From a virus (lineage: Duplodnaviria; Heunggongvirae; Uroviricota; Caudoviricetes): a stretch of DNA of 64,000 nt. The notes under the pieces are model-generated. The model was not told where the DNA came from, searched no databases, and saw nothing but the letters and a program-made list of their open reading frames with translations. This document shows, in pieces, positions 27,253 through 36,246 of this stretch (positions are counted from its first letter, which is position 1; each line of letters opens with the position of its first letter). The translations under genes were made by a program, and so were the position numbers. The stretch lies in the IMG/VR virus record IMGVR_UViG_3300045988_134250; one strand, 5' to 3'.

Positions 27253-27386
27253 TTTGTTTTCAGAGAAACCATAGAGAGGCATGACTGGATCTATATCGCC
27301 CTGGCCATTTAAATGATTCCTCCCATTAGACGCGGTTACTCACTTGAAGATAAGATGAGGTTATAATTCTCTTTTTAGGTACGCGA

Positions 27387-27809
27387 ATGAGTTCGTCTGC
27401 TTTTGTCACTGTTGTCACTGGAGTAAGCGTTTTTGTCCTAGGTCGACTCATCATCAAGGGGGTTGAGTCTTACATTTCATTCAAGGAACAGTTGGGGGAA
27501 ATATCGCATCTGTTATTGTCTAACCAAGCAAAGCTATCGAATCCCCGCTCTGACTTAAAACAAGAAATCATCCATGATTTGAAAGATGCGGCAGCACAGT
27601 TACGGGTGAAGTACGAACTATTACCTTTCTATATCAAAATGTTACACATCGGTTTTCGCCTTGTTCCATCAGAAACTGAAATTCGTAAAGCGGCGCAAGA
27701 ATTGAATCTGATAGCCTCGATACATGATGGTAAAACCGGAGAGCTGCCATATGAGCACATAGCCAAGATTGGATTACTGCTCAGAATTCCAACCACTTAT
27801 TCTGCTTAA
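27387..27809 (+). CDS. Hypothetical protein with N-terminal TM helix
   Basis: 140 aa; AFVTVVTGVSVFVLGRLII hydrophobic segment; lies between humD and phd. Confidence 0.45.
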   Translation: MSSSAFVTVVTGVSVFVLGRLIIKGVESYISFKEQLGEISHLLLSNQAKLSNPRSDLKQEIIHDLKDAAAQLRVKYELLPFYIKMLHIGFRLVPSETEIRKAAQELNLIASIHDGKTGELPYEHIAKIGLLLRIPTTYSA

Positions 27810-27917
27810 TCCCAGCAATTGCAAGACTGCATCTCGAGGATTTAAGGCACCAAGAAGTGGTATTCAGCATCATTAAAACCTATAATTGCGTACACATAAC
27901 GAGCACACGAGGTGTTT

Positions 27918-28139
27918 ATGCAATCCATTAACTTCCGTACCGCGCGCGGCAACCTTTCTGAAGTGCTCAACAATGTTGAAGCCGGGGAAGAGGTTGAAAT
28001 CACCCGCAGAGGCCGTGAGCCAGCAGTAATTGTCAGCAAGGCTACTTTTGAAGCCTACAAAAAAGCGGCGCTGGATGCCGAATTTGCATCCCTGTTTGAC
28101 ACCCTGGACTCCACCAACAAGGAACTGGTTAACCGATAA
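27918..28139 (+). CDS. phd: Phd antitoxin
   Basis: [73 protein letters not shown] matches P1 Phd as recalled; ATG 27918 (track GTG 27912). Confidence 0.85.
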
Positions 28140-28519
28140 TGAGGCATATATCACCGGAAGAACTTATTGCGCTTCATGATGCGAATATAAGCCGCTACGG
28201 CGGCCTGCCGGGAATGTCAGATCCGGGTAGGGCAGAGGCCATTATCGGGAGAGTTCAGGCCAGAGTTGCCTACGAAGAGATCACCGACCTTTTCGAAGTC
28301 TCCGCCACCTACCTGGTGGCTACGGCGAGAGGGCATATATTCAATGATGCCAATAAGCGTACCGCGCTAAACAGTGCGCTGCTATTTCTACGCCGTAACG
28401 GTATACAGGTATATGATGATCCCGTGCTGGTGGAGCTTGCAGTGGGGGCTGCAACTGGTGAAATCCCCGTATCTTCAGTAGCGAAAAAACTACGTGAACT
28501 ATATGGTTCCAATATTTGA
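28139..28519 (+). CDS. doc: Doc toxin (Fic-fold kinase)
   Basis: 126 aa, [25 protein letters not shown]...[11 protein letters not shown]; TAATG overlap with phd. Confidence 0.85.
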
Positions 28520-28520
28520 A

Positions 28521-28552
28521 AAGAAGCCCGCTCAACCAGGCGGGCTTCTTAC
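28521..28552. terminator. Bidirectional hairpin terminator between doc and convergent terminase paralog
   Basis: gaagcccgc-tcaaccag-gcgggcttc stem-loop (28523-28548). Confidence 0.5.
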
Positions 28553-28554
28553 TA

Positions 28555-29649
28555 TCACTCAATGATTTTTTCTGCTGTCAGCCAGCTAATTTCTTGCCTG
28601 TCTTTCGGCGGTTTTAGCATGTGGGCGTATTCAGCGACATTCTCCCACGGAATTGTTTTTGCCCACTCAACGATAGCATTGTGATCTGCAGTGAAGAGTG
28701 GAATGGTGTGCGATTTCAACCATTCTAATGTCGTGACGCCATGTTTTTTGGCGTGGTGCTGCGCATGATGCCGGGCTATCACTCGTAATGGTATTGTCCA
28801 TTCACTACCATCAGGCATCGAAAAGCGCATTGTCTTCGGCATATCTGATTCAAGAACAGCCTCCCTAATACCAGGGAACTCACCAAGAATCATACGACGA
28901 TAGTCATCACTATTTCGCCCGCCATACCTTTCGGCAAAATGATCAAGATATTCTTGGGTAATAAATGGTGAATCCTCCGCACTCAGCTTAATGGCTTTAT
29001 ATACACCACTCGGATTATCTTCAGCTAAAGCACGTCCATGATGTGAATCATAAAAAAAGCCTATTTCCTCTGGTGACGGAATTGAAGTGAGCAATATGCG
29101 TGAATCACCACTAGTCATGCTTGCCCACACAATGCTGTATGCCCGATCGCTGATATGTGCGGAATCCACAATAATGAATAAAAGATGGTCGGCGTAGTGA
29201 CCTGCAATGCTATCTTCATAGTTAAGGCGGAAGTTACAAAAGCACATTCCCCAAAATTCATTGAACATCAGACCGCTATCACCGACCTTAAAATACTCAA
29301 TGATAAAAGGTTGTTTTTTCAGCAATGCCTCCCAACATTGCCACACATATGCAACAATTCCTCTTTTGCAAACATTTGATTTTGGATAAACAATTACTGT
29401 CCGGGAATCAGGATACATAATCGTATAAAGGGTACTAATAACAGCAAGCACTTGCGGTCGTCCGATCCCATACGGAGTGGTGACAGTAGCTTTTGCATTA
29501 TTGGGCTGTATAGCTTCAACAATTTGTTGTTGCTGGTGGCTTAAATCAATATCAAACAATTCTTTTGCTGCCAGTACCCAATTGTCTTTATATTTCTCCA
29601 CCAGCGACAGCCAGCGCGGATCTTTATAAATATTGCTCTTAGTCGCCAT
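28555..29649 (-). CDS. Terminase large-subunit paralog: ATPase-like domain with degenerate Walker A/B, lacking the C-terminal nuclease domain
   Basis: Track ORF 28555..29940 overlaps upstream gene; ATG 29649 gives ~364 aa (MATKSNIYKDPRWLS...). Aligns by eye to PacB-like 34738..36246 over ~330 aa (DPRW, HQQQQI, FFYDSHH, DNP.G, YGGR, LG.FP) but Walker A is TTPYGIGRPQ and Walker B is IIVDSAH. Confidence 0.6.
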   Translation of the reverse strand: MATKSNIYKDPRWLSLVEKYKDNWVLAAKELFDIDLSHQQQQIVEAIQPNNAKATVTTPYGIGRPQVLAVISTLYTIMYPDSRTVIVYPKSNVCKRGIVAYVWQCWEALLKKQPFIIEYFKVGDSGLMFNEFWGMCFCNFRLNYEDSIAGHYADHLLFIIVDSAHISDRAYSIVWASMTSGDSRILLTSIPSPEEIGFFYDSHHGRALAEDNPSGVYKAIKLSAEDSPFITQEYLDHFAERYGGRNSDDYRRMILGEFPGIREAVLESDMPKTMRFSMPDGSEWTIPLRVIARHHAQHHAKKHGVTTLEWLKSHTIPLFTADHNAIVEWAKTIPWENVAEYAHMLKPPKDRQEISWLTAEKIIE

Positions 29650-30406
29650 CTGCCACTTCCTTAACTTCTTCTTTGGCCTGTTCTGCAATCGCCGCACGGC
29701 ATTTCGCCCTGGCTGTAGCGATTGCTTCAGCTCGCACATCGTCTGGAATCGTTGACGTGATATACATATCCAGTTCTTCGGCACGGAATACTGTTTGGTC
29801 CAGATATTCGCGTAGCATCCAGGTAAATTCGAAATCACACGCGATAATCTCTGCGCTACCTTCTGCACCATTTGGGAAATGAATAAATGCCTGTTTAGCC
29901 AAACCGATAACACGACATGCGGTTGCCAAAACAGCGACAACTAGGTTTACATTTTCACACGCTACGGGCTGGTTAACGCCGGAGATTACTCCATTTAACT
30001 GTCGGTTATATGGAAGGTAGTTTGAGATGCGTTCTACGCGCCATGTGCCAGTCAGGCTGCCATTTTTAAATATAATTGGTGTAACGGATAGCCCAAGCTC
30101 GCGTATAAGTCGTTGCGCTATAGCAGGATCATTAAACAGGTCTAATGCTACACATTCGAAAGACTGCGCAAGGGCAAACAGTTCTTCCAGAGAGTAGTCT
30201 TTGCCCCTGGCGGTGATGTAACGACGAACGCCGCTGTCTGCATCACTCCATATAGCTACGCCATGCTCTTCATTCAGCTCTTCATTAAAGCCGAGATACG
30301 TCATGATAGTGCGTTCAATCGTGTCAAACGGCAGTGACATGTCGGCGTTAACAGCCACCAGCAGGCCATTACGCAAGCGGTATTGAATTGTTTTAGTGCT
30401 TTCCAT
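29639..30406 (-). CDS. Hypothetical protein
   Basis: 255-aa ORF immediately upstream of and overlapping the terminase paralog start. Confidence 0.5.
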   Translation of the reverse strand: MESTKTIQYRLRNGLLVAVNADMSLPFDTIERTIMTYLGFNEELNEEHGVAIWSDADSGVRRYITARGKDYSLEELFALAQSFECVALDLFNDPAIAQRLIRELGLSVTPIIFKNGSLTGTWRVERISNYLPYNRQLNGVISGVNQPVACENVNLVVAVLATACRVIGLAKQAFIHFPNGAEGSAEIIACDFEFTWMLREYLDQTVFRAEELDMYITSTIPDDVRAEAIATARAKCRAAIAEQAKEEVKEVADGD

Positions 30407-30412
30407 GTCAAA

Positions 30413-30853
30413 TCACTCCACAACAAACCAGTCACAGGCCAGCAGGTCGCCAACTGAAGGCACCCACGGAACAACTACACCTTGTGCATTTTTTAAGGCG
30501 AAATAAGCACCATACGGAACGAGGTCGCCGGGGAAATATCCCTTAATGGCTTCCATTCGTGCCGGGTACTGTCCTTCAGGAACCAGCCAGCAGAATTGGT
30601 TTTCGCCGTTCCACCCGCGTCGAGCAACTTTCTTGCCTTCCTTCAGCCACATCAGCGCGTCTGAAAAGTCGGCTGCTTCAAGGTCGATTTCTTCTTGCTG
30701 GGTGGTGATGCCACCAGCAGAAATAGTTACGCTCCCGGTAAGATTAATCATCACGCCGTTGTCATCCGTAATGATGACCGTGGTTCCATTTTTTTTGTGA
30801 GCTTTGTATTTGGGACGGAACTTAAAAAGCTCTTTCGTTGCCATGTTATTCAT
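30413..30853 (-). CDS. DUF2829-like domain protein (Tad2-like fold candidate)
   Basis: 146 aa; C-terminal FSDALMWLKEGKKVARRGWNG...VPWVPSVGDLLACDWFVVE resembles the DUF2829 signature as recalled. Confidence 0.45.
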   Translation of the reverse strand: MNNMATKELFKFRPKYKAHKKNGTTVIITDDNGVMINLTGSVTISAGGITTQQEEIDLEAADFSDALMWLKEGKKVARRGWNGENQFCWLVPEGQYPARMEAIKGYFPGDLVPYGAYFALKNAQGVVVPWVPSVGDLLACDWFVVE

Positions 30854-30867
30854 AGTCTTTTCTCTGC

Positions 30868-31362
30868 TTATAACTTTTCGTACTGAAGCGGTGAACGCTT
30901 AATTTCAAAGTGGCCTTCCGATGTGCTACCAAAGCCACCAGCACCACGCTCCGTTTCGTTGAGTTCCTCAACCTCGACTAGTGAGACTTGTTCAACACGC
31001 TCAAAAATTCCTTGCATGACAGCCATTCCAGGCTTGAGACAAACGCCTTCCCCGCCGGGATCAGTAATCAGTTTTGCCATGATTTCGCCGCGATAATCGG
31101 AGTCGATAATTCCTACGCAGTTAGCCAGGCGAGTATGTTTTTTGCAGCCCAATCCTGATCGCGGATAGAGTTTCAGACACCAGCCGGGCGGGATCTCCAT
31201 AGCCAGTCCGGTATACACCCACCAGCTTGAGGAAATTGCACCATTGCTATCGACGCATGGTTTTATTTCAACAGCCTCAAAATCCATCGCCGCCGATCCG
31301 GAGGTGGCATAAGCTGGAAGTTTTGCTGCCGGATGTAGGCGTTTCACTTTTACGTAAATCAT
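30868..31362 (-). CDS. dut: dUTPase-like protein
   Basis: 164 aa; LPAYATSGSAAMDF, GIIDSDYRGEI, RGAGGFGSTS motifs. Confidence 0.6.
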   Translation of the reverse strand: MIYVKVKRLHPAAKLPAYATSGSAAMDFEAVEIKPCVDSNGAISSSWWVYTGLAMEIPPGWCLKLYPRSGLGCKKHTRLANCVGIIDSDYRGEIMAKLITDPGGEGVCLKPGMAVMQGIFERVEQVSLVEVEELNETERGAGGFGSTSEGHFEIKRSPLQYEKL

Positions 31363-31841
31363 TGTTTTTTAGCTCTCTGCGTGAAGGTGTAAACCCGACG
31401 TTTGATATGTGGAACGGTAGGAACAGGAAGACAGGAACTTTCAATAACTCCTTGCTCATCCAGCGATCGCACCGCCCGCAAGAACTGCGACGTGTCGCCG
31501 CCAAACTGGCGGGCATAGGTGCTGCCGTTATGAAGTATTTGAGCTATTACCCGAGTTTTTGTCTGGCTGTCACGATATGCGAATAGCCGCACGGCCTCTT
31601 CTGGCGCAATCGCTAACTGATAGCCTTTCCCGGCACGGTGTCGAATGAATCCATGCGCCAGTAGGTTTTTGAGTTCGTTACGAGTGCGAACAGATCCGTA
31701 ACCCAGGAAGTGTGGATTGATAACGACTGGCTTAAACCATTCCGTAGGTGCTTTAGCTAATAGAGCTAACAGCTTCCCGGATAATTCTGGATAGGAAGAC
31801 GGGTAACAATTCAGAGATGGGTAATAAGTTTTCACCGACAC
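31359..31841 (-). CDS. Hypothetical protein
   Basis: 160-aa ORF, 4-nt overlap with dut-like gene. Confidence 0.45.
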   Translation of the reverse strand: MSVKTYYPSLNCYPSSYPELSGKLLALLAKAPTEWFKPVVINPHFLGYGSVRTRNELKNLLAHGFIRHRAGKGYQLAIAPEEAVRLFAYRDSQTKTRVIAQILHNGSTYARQFGGDTSQFLRAVRSLDEQGVIESSCLPVPTVPHIKRRVYTFTQRAKKQ

Positions 31842-32176
31842 CCCCTTGCAGGATATCGACCGGCATTAGTATCCGGTGCAATAAAGCCGGTAGTGGGGCG
31901 AGTGAAAGCGAGATTAATCTTCTCGACCATAGTGCGATAATTTTCCTGATAGTGGGCCAGGAGTTTTTCGGCGGCAATGATGGTTACTTTCCGGACGTAG
32001 CTTTCTGCTTCCTCCAGATTTCGCCAGTTTTTTTCGAGGGTAAACACAGGGACGGCCTCAAGCCCGGTCATGATGCCGAACACAACGACAGCATGACTGT
32101 TCTTAACACCAGCGGCGAAGGTTACGGTGTAACCATCCACCTTGAAGCGTCTTGATTCCGTGATTTGACTCTGCAA
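31832..32176 (-). CDS. Hypothetical protein
   Basis: 114 aa, TTG start with RBS aggagg; first gene after dre. Confidence 0.4.
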   Translation of the reverse strand: MQSQITESRRFKVDGYTVTFAAGVKNSHAVVVFGIMTGLEAVPVFTLEKNWRNLEEAESYVRKVTIIAAEKLLAHYQENYRTMVEKINLAFTRPTTGFIAPDTNAGRYPARGCR

Positions 32177-32234
32177 AGCACCCTCCTAAATAGGCGAGGG
32201 TACTTTACAGCAAAGGCGTTAATCTAAAAAGATG

Positions 32235-32244
32235 TGTTAGAAAT
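32235..32244 (-). promoter_or_regulatory. TTTTCTAACA motif copy
   Basis: plus gatgtgttagaaattt, between dre stop and next gene start. Confidence 0.45.
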
Positions 32245-32249
32245 TTAAT

Positions 32250-33278
32250 TTACGAATCCATCAGGCGGCTATTAGCCCCCACAGACACGCCGCCACGGCG
32301 AAGATACCGCATAAGTGTTTCCGGTTTCTTCCAGGTTCCTTCCTGCATGATCTCCACCATAGACACCTGCTTTTCAGCCATATCAATAGCGGCCCCGACG
32401 CGTGCACTATGCCCGGTCCACGTCCGGTATCTTCCTTTGTTTGGCGTAGCATCTCTTTTATTCAGCAACACCCAGGCGTCGCTGAATATTTTCTCCATTG
32501 CAGGTGCAGTAAGGGGCGTTGTCGTGATCCTGGCCTTATTGCTACGGTGTATCGGCGGGAACAGCACTGCGTCAGGATGTTCGCGAAGCCCGGAAACATC
32601 CAGCCAGTCATTCAGCACAGCGGTAGTGCGACGGGAAAGCACCTTATCAAGCCCGGCGGCGGTCGTTATTGTCTTCGTGTGTGAAATATGTAGCGTGACA
32701 GTGTCACCTGTTTGATCCAGATCTCCTACACGAATACGCGAGATTTCCGACATACGCATCAGCGTATTGTATGCAACAAAGAGAAAAGCCCGGTTGCGCA
32801 GGTCCACCAGCCGTTCTGACCTGGACAACAGGACGTCGAGCAGTTTCAGATCGTCCCACCGAAGCGGTATAGCCTGGCCTGTTCGTTCGCCTTTTTCAGT
32901 TGCCGCTTCGCGCCGGATGCGCCGCATAGCCAGAGAAACACTTTTATCATCCGAAAGTGGCGGAAGGCCACAATGCGAAAGCAGCATATTCAGCATGGCG
33001 TAGTGCTTATCAATGGTGGTCGAAGCCAGATCGGCATCATGCAGCTGAAGAAAATACTCGCGGGCCATTTCTGGTGAGATCGGAAACCAGGCAAGCTGGC
33101 GAGCGTGACACCAGCGCGCCCATGAATGAAACACCAACCGGAGGTCGCGCAGAGTATTCGGCGCATAAGCCCCCTGGTCATTCATGAACCGCATAAAGTT
33201 TTCTGCGGCCTCCTGGTACTCTTTGCCAATGTTGCGCAGAAAACCACCGGAGCTGCCAGAGATAATTAATTCACTCAT
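32250..33278 (-). CDS. dre: Cre-family tyrosine recombinase (Dre)
   Basis: 342 aa; Cre-like segments WFPISPE, LNMLLSHCGLPPLSDDKSVSLAMRRIRRE, IRVGDLD, WTGHSARVGAAIDMA, EIMQEGTWK; sequence as recalled matches D6 Dre; rox site 150 bp upstream. Confidence 0.85.
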   Translation of the reverse strand: MSELIISGSSGGFLRNIGKEYQEAAENFMRFMNDQGAYAPNTLRDLRLVFHSWARWCHARQLAWFPISPEMAREYFLQLHDADLASTTIDKHYAMLNMLLSHCGLPPLSDDKSVSLAMRRIRREAATEKGERTGQAIPLRWDDLKLLDVLLSRSERLVDLRNRAFLFVAYNTLMRMSEISRIRVGDLDQTGDTVTLHISHTKTITTAAGLDKVLSRRTTAVLNDWLDVSGLREHPDAVLFPPIHRSNKARITTTPLTAPAMEKIFSDAWVLLNKRDATPNKGRYRTWTGHSARVGAAIDMAEKQVSMVEIMQEGTWKKPETLMRYLRRGGVSVGANSRLMDS

Positions 33279-33430
33279 GAAACTATTTAACCTCTATATA
33301 CAGATAACGCTACGCGAAAAATATAAAAATGACAGGGTAGCTATAAGTTAATTTTCAAGATTCAAGCCTTTGATTCGAGGCGCGTATTTTCAGTGATGTC
33401 AATACTGATCATCTACCCATAATTATAGCC

Positions 33431-33462
33431 TAACTTTAAATAATGCCAATTATTTAAAGTTA
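33431..33462. other. rox recombination site (Dre target)
   Basis: taactttaaataat-gcca-attatttaaagtta: 14-bp inverted repeats around 4-bp spacer, identical to rox as recalled. Confidence 0.85.
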
Positions 33463-33644
33463 TAAAATGGCGATTTTTTTTAATCCATCACAGATTGATT
33501 CTGACCAGTAACACGTTGCCTTCATGGTCTTTAATTTGCGAAGCGTGGTTTATACAGTTGGTTTTCTAAATTTGATGACAAAAAATCACAGTTCGATCCT
33601 TTACTCACTCTGTTATTCGACATAAATTTGTCATAGTAATTTTA

Positions 33645-33654
33645 TGTTAGAAAA
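33645..33654 (-). promoter_or_regulatory. TTTTCTAACA motif copy just upstream of candidate repressor gene
   Basis: plus ttttatgttagaaaactaaat, 18 bp before ATG 33673. Confidence 0.45.
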
Positions 33655-33672
33655 CTAAATCGAGTAGGAATA

Positions 33673-34710
33673 ATGAGTAAGAAGTCGATCGAGAAAGAGT
33701 ACAAACGGTTCCTGCAAACCGCTGAACGGTGGAAAGAGCTGGTGGTCGCAAACTCTGTTTTCCATGATACCAGTTATGCTGGCGAGGAATTCCGCCATGT
33801 TGCATTAACGCATGACCAAAACATATTAGAAGAAGCTGAAAAATGTCTTGCTGAATGGAAAGCCTTCGTTGACATGTGCCGCGATGCCGACGGCAAAGCG
33901 TCGAACATTGTTGAGTCTGTATATTCTCCGATCCCATTCATCATTGAGGACACCAATCAAAGCACGCATGTTGTTGTGCAAAGCGCTACAACAACACGTA
34001 CATTTACACGTGAACAATTGCTCAAAAAATACGACAAAATCATAAAGAAAAGCCTGAAAAATAGGGTTTTTTCTCAAATCGTAGGTGCTCTTGAAGAAGA
34101 ACAGCGCTTCTTTGAAGCTGAGCCTGAAGGCGAGATCTACCGGGCGCGTAAAGAGGCATATACAGATGTTGTGCTGACAACAAACATCGAAGGCAGCAAT
34201 GCCCTTTCTCGCTTTAGAGTTGGCGCACATGGCGCATTGGTTTTCGCAAGACTACCGAAGACAACGATCCCCGTTGTCAATAATGTTGGTGAGCGCCGGA
34301 GCATTACAATTTATTCTGGCGTCGAATCGGTACCTTGCAGCCTTCTCGGCGATTTTAACTTATATCGTGTTCGTGACCTGGAAAAACACCAGCCAAGCTA
34401 CGTTGCGAAGTCGTACATCTTAAGGAACATCGATATTCGCAATGAAAGCCTTAAGCAGAAATCCGCTAAGATGCTGGAGGATGCCGATCCGGCTATTCGC
34501 CATATCATTGAGCGTAAGATACGTACATCACGTGAAGCAATGGCAAGGCTGGATAAAATGGATCTGGAATTGTTAGACGTAATGATGGCCTCTGGAGACG
34601 ACCTGACCGGCATAAAACTGAATGAAGCTCGTAAAAAATACGGCAAAGCAATCGAAGAACGTTACGGATACACATTCCCCCAAACGCAGTACGCCGCGAA
34701 GCTCTGGTAA
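33673..34710 (+). CDS. Candidate C1-type immunity repressor (positional inference only)
   Basis: 345-aa ORF between rox/dre and pacB, the position of c1 in P1-family phages; operator-like motif at its 5' end; no motif-level confirmation. Confidence 0.3.
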   Translation: MSKKSIEKEYKRFLQTAERWKELVVANSVFHDTSYAGEEFRHVALTHDQNILEEAEKCLAEWKAFVDMCRDADGKASNIVESVYSPIPFIIEDTNQSTHVVVQSATTTRTFTREQLLKKYDKIIKKSLKNRVFSQIVGALEEEQRFFEAEPEGEIYRARKEAYTDVVLTTNIEGSNALSRFRVGAHGALVFARLPKTTIPVVNNVGERRSITIYSGVESVPCSLLGDFNLYRVRDLEKHQPSYVAKSYILRNIDIRNESLKQKSAKMLEDADPAIRHIIERKIRTSREAMARLDKMDLELLDVMMASGDDLTGIKLNEARKKYGKAIEERYGYTFPQTQYAAKLW

Positions 34711-34737
34711 TCACAACCGGCCCCGCATCGCGGGGCT

Positions 34738-36246
34738 TTATATATCCAGATCCGGCATTTCGATATCCGCCAGAACCTGATCTCGGAAAGTTGCCATTTC
34801 GGCACCAATATCTTCATTAGCAGGCACATAGTCCACCAGCATAGTGAAGCAGTAGGTATCCCATCGGTCAGGCGATTTGATGTTTAGCTTTTGCCGCATG
34901 TGCTCTTTGCGCATCATCGCCATTTTCCCTTCTTCATTCAGTAAAAAGGGGATTTTTGACGCTTGCTCTGCCGTTTTAGGGTCACTGTCTATCCGCATAC
35001 GCCCTGACTTTATGGCATCTCGCGCCATAATATTTGCGTAGGCACGCTGATTAACAAATCGCTCCCTGTCTTTGTTCGCAAACATGGGTTTTCCCCACCG
35101 AATACGTACCGGGTTCGCACCACGACGCACCAACTGCGCACACGTATCAGAACCAAAACCATCAGCATCAACCGCGATTGTTATATTCGGGTATTTTTCC
35201 GGCGTACATTCGTTATATATGAAGTCAGCAAAGGCCAATGGGTCCATAGTGCCAGGCATCTCCATTACCTTAAAGTTAACAACGCGCCGCTTATCCCTGT
35301 GACCTGATACCTTGCAGATGTTGAGGACCGACTTATCTCGCCCATTACCAACGTCAGCCGTTGCCACCCATCCCCAGTTTTTCTCCAACAACACCTTGCG
35401 GCGAGCAGAGCGATCGCATTCATCACGACCAAGCAAATAGCCGTTAATTTCTCGTGGGAACTGACCAAGCACCTTGACCATGTACTCAATAGAATCGCGC
35501 CCACCATATTCCAGAAGCTTCTCCTTGATGAATTGTGGTGTGACGAACGGTGATTCTTCCGAGTTAAGAACAATTGCTGTCCAGATCCCTTTCGGGTTGT
35601 CTGGGGTTTTTGCTCGAGAATGGTGCGAATCGTAGAAATAACCACTTGGCCTTGTTGGCTGGGATAGCATCAACATCCGGTTATCTTCTTCAGTAAGAGC
35701 ACCGGTCATTACGCCGATCGCCTTATCAGATATACCAGATGCTTCATCCAGAATTAGAAGCAAATGTGCCGCGTGTTCCCCCGCCAGCGCTTCTTCGTTG
35801 CCGAGTCGATAACCTTTGCAGAGAACTTCCCAAATCCCCTTACGGGAGCGCTCATAAAACATGGTGTCAGAGAGGACAAAATAGGTCTGCAACCACCCAT
35901 GACGCTTAACTGCATTCGCCCAATACTGTTTAACGTATTTGAATACGCCTGTTTTTACCTGGCCTATCTTGTTAGCAACAATGATGACACGGGCATCGGG
36001 GAACAGGATCATAAAAATCAACAGCAACATCGCGGTAAGGGACGACTTCCCCGTTCCGTGTCCGGACGTGACGGTCGTCCTACTCCCCGTTTCCTGCACT
36101 GACTGAATGATCTGCTGCTGCTGGTGGGAGGGGAACATCCCAAAAATATCGACTACAGCCTGGGTAAAGTTGTAGCGGTATTTGATTACCATATCGCGCC
36201 AGCGTGGATCGCTGGTGACGCATTTAATCTTGCGCCCGCCAGCCAT
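34738..36246 (-). CDS. pacB: Terminase large subunit (PacB-like)
   Basis: 502 aa; Walker A TSGHGTGKSS, Walker B LLLILDEAS; start overlaps pacA stop. Confidence 0.8.
   Translation of the reverse strand: MAGGRKIKCVTSDPRWRDMVIKYRYNFTQAVVDIFGMFPSHQQQQIIQSVQETGSRTTVTSGHGTGKSSLTAMLLLIFMILFPDARVIIVANKIGQVKTGVFKYVKQYWANAVKRHGWLQTYFVLSDTMFYERSRKGIWEVLCKGYRLGNEEALAGEHAAHLLLILDEASGISDKAIGVMTGALTEEDNRMLMLSQPTRPSGYFYDSHHSRAKTPDNPKGIWTAIVLNSEESPFVTPQFIKEKLLEYGGRDSIEYMVKVLGQFPREINGYLLGRDECDRSARRKVLLEKNWGWVATADVGNGRDKSVLNICKVSGHRDKRRVVNFKVMEMPGTMDPLAFADFIYNECTPEKYPNITIAVDADGFGSDTCAQLVRRGANPVRIRWGKPMFANKDRERFVNQRAYANIMARDAIKSGRMRIDSDPKTAEQASKIPFLLNEEGKMAMMRKEHMRQKLNIKSPDRWDTYCFTMLVDYVPANEDIGAEMATFRDQVLADIEMPDLDI

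Noticed and set aside
28555-29940. Full 461-aa ORF-track reading of the terminase paralog as a second functional terminase
   Set aside because: The first ~97 codons overlap the upstream gene in another frame; the in-frame ATG at 29649 gives the likely product, which lacks Walker A/B catalytic residues and a nuclease domain.
32250-33278. Tyrosine recombinase as a chromosomal integrase marking an integrated prophage
   Set aside because: It is Cre-family with an adjacent rox site, i.e. a plasmid dimer-resolution system; no attP-like core next to it.
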